NCBI GenBank assembly: GCA_017522795.1
Contig: JAFWXZ010000011.1
Span: forward strand, 7,131 to 71,130
From: Clostridia bacterium
GTDB taxonomy: Bacteria > Bacillota > Clostridia > Oscillospirales > CAG-272
Length of the DNA: 64,000 bases
Direction: 5' to 3'
Positions within the stretch are counted from its first letter, which is position 1; each line of letters starts with the position of its first letter. Shown here in pieces: positions 63,001-64,000 of this stretch. Both the position numbers and the translations under genes were made by a program. The notes beneath the pieces were generated by a model that worked only from the letters and a program-made list of their open reading frames with translations, was not told the DNA's origin and ran no database searches.

Positions 63001-64000
63001 GGCGGAGAGATCTGCCTTATAGGCGATAAGATCGCAGTCTGTTTCGCCTTGTACGCATAAGGGATTATAGTAACGGGCAAGGATCTTGTCTGTTCCTGCC
63101 TCAACAACGTCAACGTAAACGTAGTTGCCGTCTCTCATACCACCAACCTTGAAGGTGACGAAGCCTGAGCCGCCAACAATGAAGCCGGAGGAAGTAAGAG
63201 TACCAACGTTCTTCTCCATATCAGAAGGCTCGTATGCGGAGAACATCTTGTCGCCATCCATACCGAACTCACCACCCCAATAAGAAGGATTGGAGCTTAC
63301 GTTACCGATATTTCCGACTACAGTCCAGCCGTCCATGCCGCTTTCAAAGCCGCCGTTGGCAACATTGTTCTTGCCTGCTGTATCATAGCCGCACTTCTTA
63401 CAGGTTGTACCTGCGTATTCGTGGCCGCTTACAGCTCTTTCTGCTCCGCAAACGTTACAGCTTGCATCGCAATCGTGGTAGTATACGTGAGCGTTTACGG
63501 TTCTTTCAGCTCCGCAATCGTCACAGGTCGCGTCACACGCGTTGGTGTAGACGTGGTCAGCAGTCTCGGTCTTATTACAACCGTCGTTCTGACAGGTCAT
63601 ATTATGCTTGCCGTCCTCTGCGGGAGTCCATCCGCTCATGTTATGCTCCTTGGCAGCGGTGGTTACGGTACCGCAAACGGTACACACAACCTCTGTGGTG
63701 CAATCACCGTCGTCCTCTGCGGGAGTGTGATCCTTGGCGGGTGTGATTACGGTATCGCATTCGGTACACTTGGTAGCAGTGGTGCAATCACCGTCATCAT
63801 CTGCGGGAGTGTGATTCTCCTTTGCAGGAGTGGTTATTTTTTTACAAACGGAACACTTAATTGCGGTGGTGCAATCACCGTCATCCTCTTCGGGAGTATG
63901 AGCATCCTTTGCGGGAGTGGTTATAGCGCCACAGCCGGTACACTCAATAGCGGTGGTGCAATCGCCATCATCCGCCTTGGGAGTATGATCCTGCGCGTCA
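60013..64000 (-). CDS. Paralogous giant surface protein, 5'-truncated by the window edge: Cys-rich repeats, five CBM66/LamG-like modules, FIVAR-like and Ig-like segments
   Basis: The track's 'M' at 63687 is an internal GTG. My translation of the same frame from 63688 to 63999 has no stop (...HTPKADDGDCTTAIECTGCGAITTPAKDAHTPEEDDGDCTTAIKCSVCKKITTPAKENHTPADDDGDCTTATKCTECDTVITPAKDHTPAEDDGDCTTEVVCTVCG...). The C-terminal ~190 aa are close to those of 55932..59885. Confidence 0.8.
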   Translation of the reverse strand, partial: DAQDHTPKADDGDCTTAIECTGCGAITTPAKDAHTPEEDDGDCTTAIKCSVCKKITTPAKENHTPADDDGDCTTATKCTECDTVITPAKDHTPAEDDGDCTTEVVCTVCGTVTTAAKEHNMSGWTPAEDGKHNMTCQNDGCNKTETADHVYTNACDATCDDCGAERTVNAHVYYHDCDASCNVCGAERAVSGHEYAGTTCKKCGYDTAGKNNVANGGFESGMDGWTVVGNIGNVSSNPSYWGGEFGMDGDKMFSAYEPSDMEKNVGTLTSSGFIVGGSGFVTFKVGGMRDGNYVYVDVVEAGTDKILARYYNPLCVQGETDCDLIAYKADLSAFRGKEVYFRISDNADSGYGLFFADSFVTYYENEPEGFNEAAHVNYQLPATIYDLFNGGFEMGGLAGWWNVGDAGAVTGADAFFSGVAYGKDGGFLYSGVEDHGAGNGREGNQGTLTSSVFQLGGSGYITYMLGGGNDYCYVQVIDAVTGEMLARYKQQAREDAVLKSYVADLSAYIGRTVRIQVVDNASSDWGCVSFDNVVTYYASKPDGFMDATDLLAGLKAELQNDEVTEQGDYTADSYNNYVEKLNAVKNNYLNNRINQADLDASVSALTDARAGLTLRAVEEVADANKSFNLISGNNKEITLSDYINTNNLSNITYEVSANNAAVTLSSIADGKFTITAAKVNAATDVNVSITVKYNGETKLTVVLSVKVTNDVAPTVKGETIEKSFDVYNDGTSFTLDLSENVDNAGNLPLTYSVNGAAINGSNYTYTAGGSYNDVAVNDSLTVTVSYTANGKTGTISYTYSLSIKDSTDYRLVNGGFENGLEGWTQVGQIGNVGSNKYYWETNEFGMDGDKMFSAYEPSDMFEKNVGTLTSSSFIVGGSGFVTFKVGAMRDQNYVYVDVVEAGTGKILARYYNGLWTEENSSGCKLVAYKADLSAFAGKEVFFRISDNADSYYGLFFADSFITYYESEPDGFNAATPVSYELPATIYDLFNGGFEMGNDLGWWNVGNAGAVTGADAFFSGVAYGKDGGFLYSGVEDHGAGNGREGNKGTLTSSVFQIGGSGYITYMLGGGNNSCYVQIIDSTTGEILARYRQQAREDAVLKSYVADLSAYVGRTVRIQVVDNATFDWGCISFDNVVTYYASKPEGFIDAVDVKYEIVNGSFENGLNSWNMNITEAGAQNTLGWVESSEHDAGWYTKNDDNKDGSNIFTFCRPDGTNCENSKGTLSSDVFTLKQNAYVSFRFGGAGGAQNHDVYIQLVKADGTVIATFFNDADGKVNTRMNAYYYQYTGEEADCFFRVVDNSTGDYGCFVVDDFRANLESAPEGFIAAIQ

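Noticed and set aside
1-64000. Mobile elements, prophage, defence islands, CRISPR, tRNA/rRNA genes
   Set aside because: I found no integrase, transposase or recombinase-like ORFs. There are no terminal inverted repeats flanking the accessory region, no cas or restriction-modification-like genes, and no tRNA-like or rRNA-like sequences. The accessory character of 34.5-64 kb rests only on its gene content.

Overview
The window reads as a chromosomal segment of a Firmicutes/Clostridia-type bacterium: strong GGAGG-type Shine-Dalgarno sites, a T-box and a TPP riboswitch, ylmE-sepF-yggT and ribF-prmA-rsmE gene orders, and sigma-A-like TTGACA-N17-TATAAT promoters. I saw no rRNA, tRNA, CRISPR array, transposase, integrase or phage genes.

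Positions 1-34.4 kb are mostly housekeeping. They carry pcrA, a ygiQ-type radical SAM gene, hisS, mrnC, ylmE/yggS, sepF, yggT, lspA, rluD, an amino-acid ABC transporter, an ABC-F ATPase, ribF, prmA, rsmE, a PucR-like regulator, an S41 protease, greA, lysS, an SPFH protein, cca, a T-box-controlled ABC transporter, ynbB-like, a TPP-riboswitch-controlled thiT, an exonuclease, serC-like and a HAD hydrolase.

Positions 34.5-64 kb are an accessory, cell-envelope-oriented region, nearly all on the minus strand.
- (i) An eight-gene operon at 34513-45459 is built around two SipW-type (ER/archaeal-type) signal peptidases. It also holds three TasA/camelysin-like paralogs, one of which is membrane-anchored at both ends, plus two very large cargo proteins of 677 and 1328 aa. 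The 1328-aa protein has 24-residue beta-helix-like repeats. Four of these proteins share the same unusual N-terminal signal motif. I consider this the best candidate for an undescribed SipW-dependent fibre or pilus-like surface system.
- (ii) A separate two-gene operon encodes a CvpA-like membrane protein fused to a large ectodomain, and an acidic secreted protein with 15 tandem GGNDQ pentapeptides.
- (iii) A divergent tldD/pmbA protease pair.
- (iv) A membrane-embedded XRE regulator.
- (v) A cytoplasmic GH32 enzyme next to two tandem paralogous giant surface proteins. These carry FIVAR-like, Ig-like and 4-5 CBM66/LamG-like modules. The second runs off the window with Cys-rich 28-29-aa repeats.

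Many long ORFs in the supplied track are antisense shadows of these genes and were rejected.
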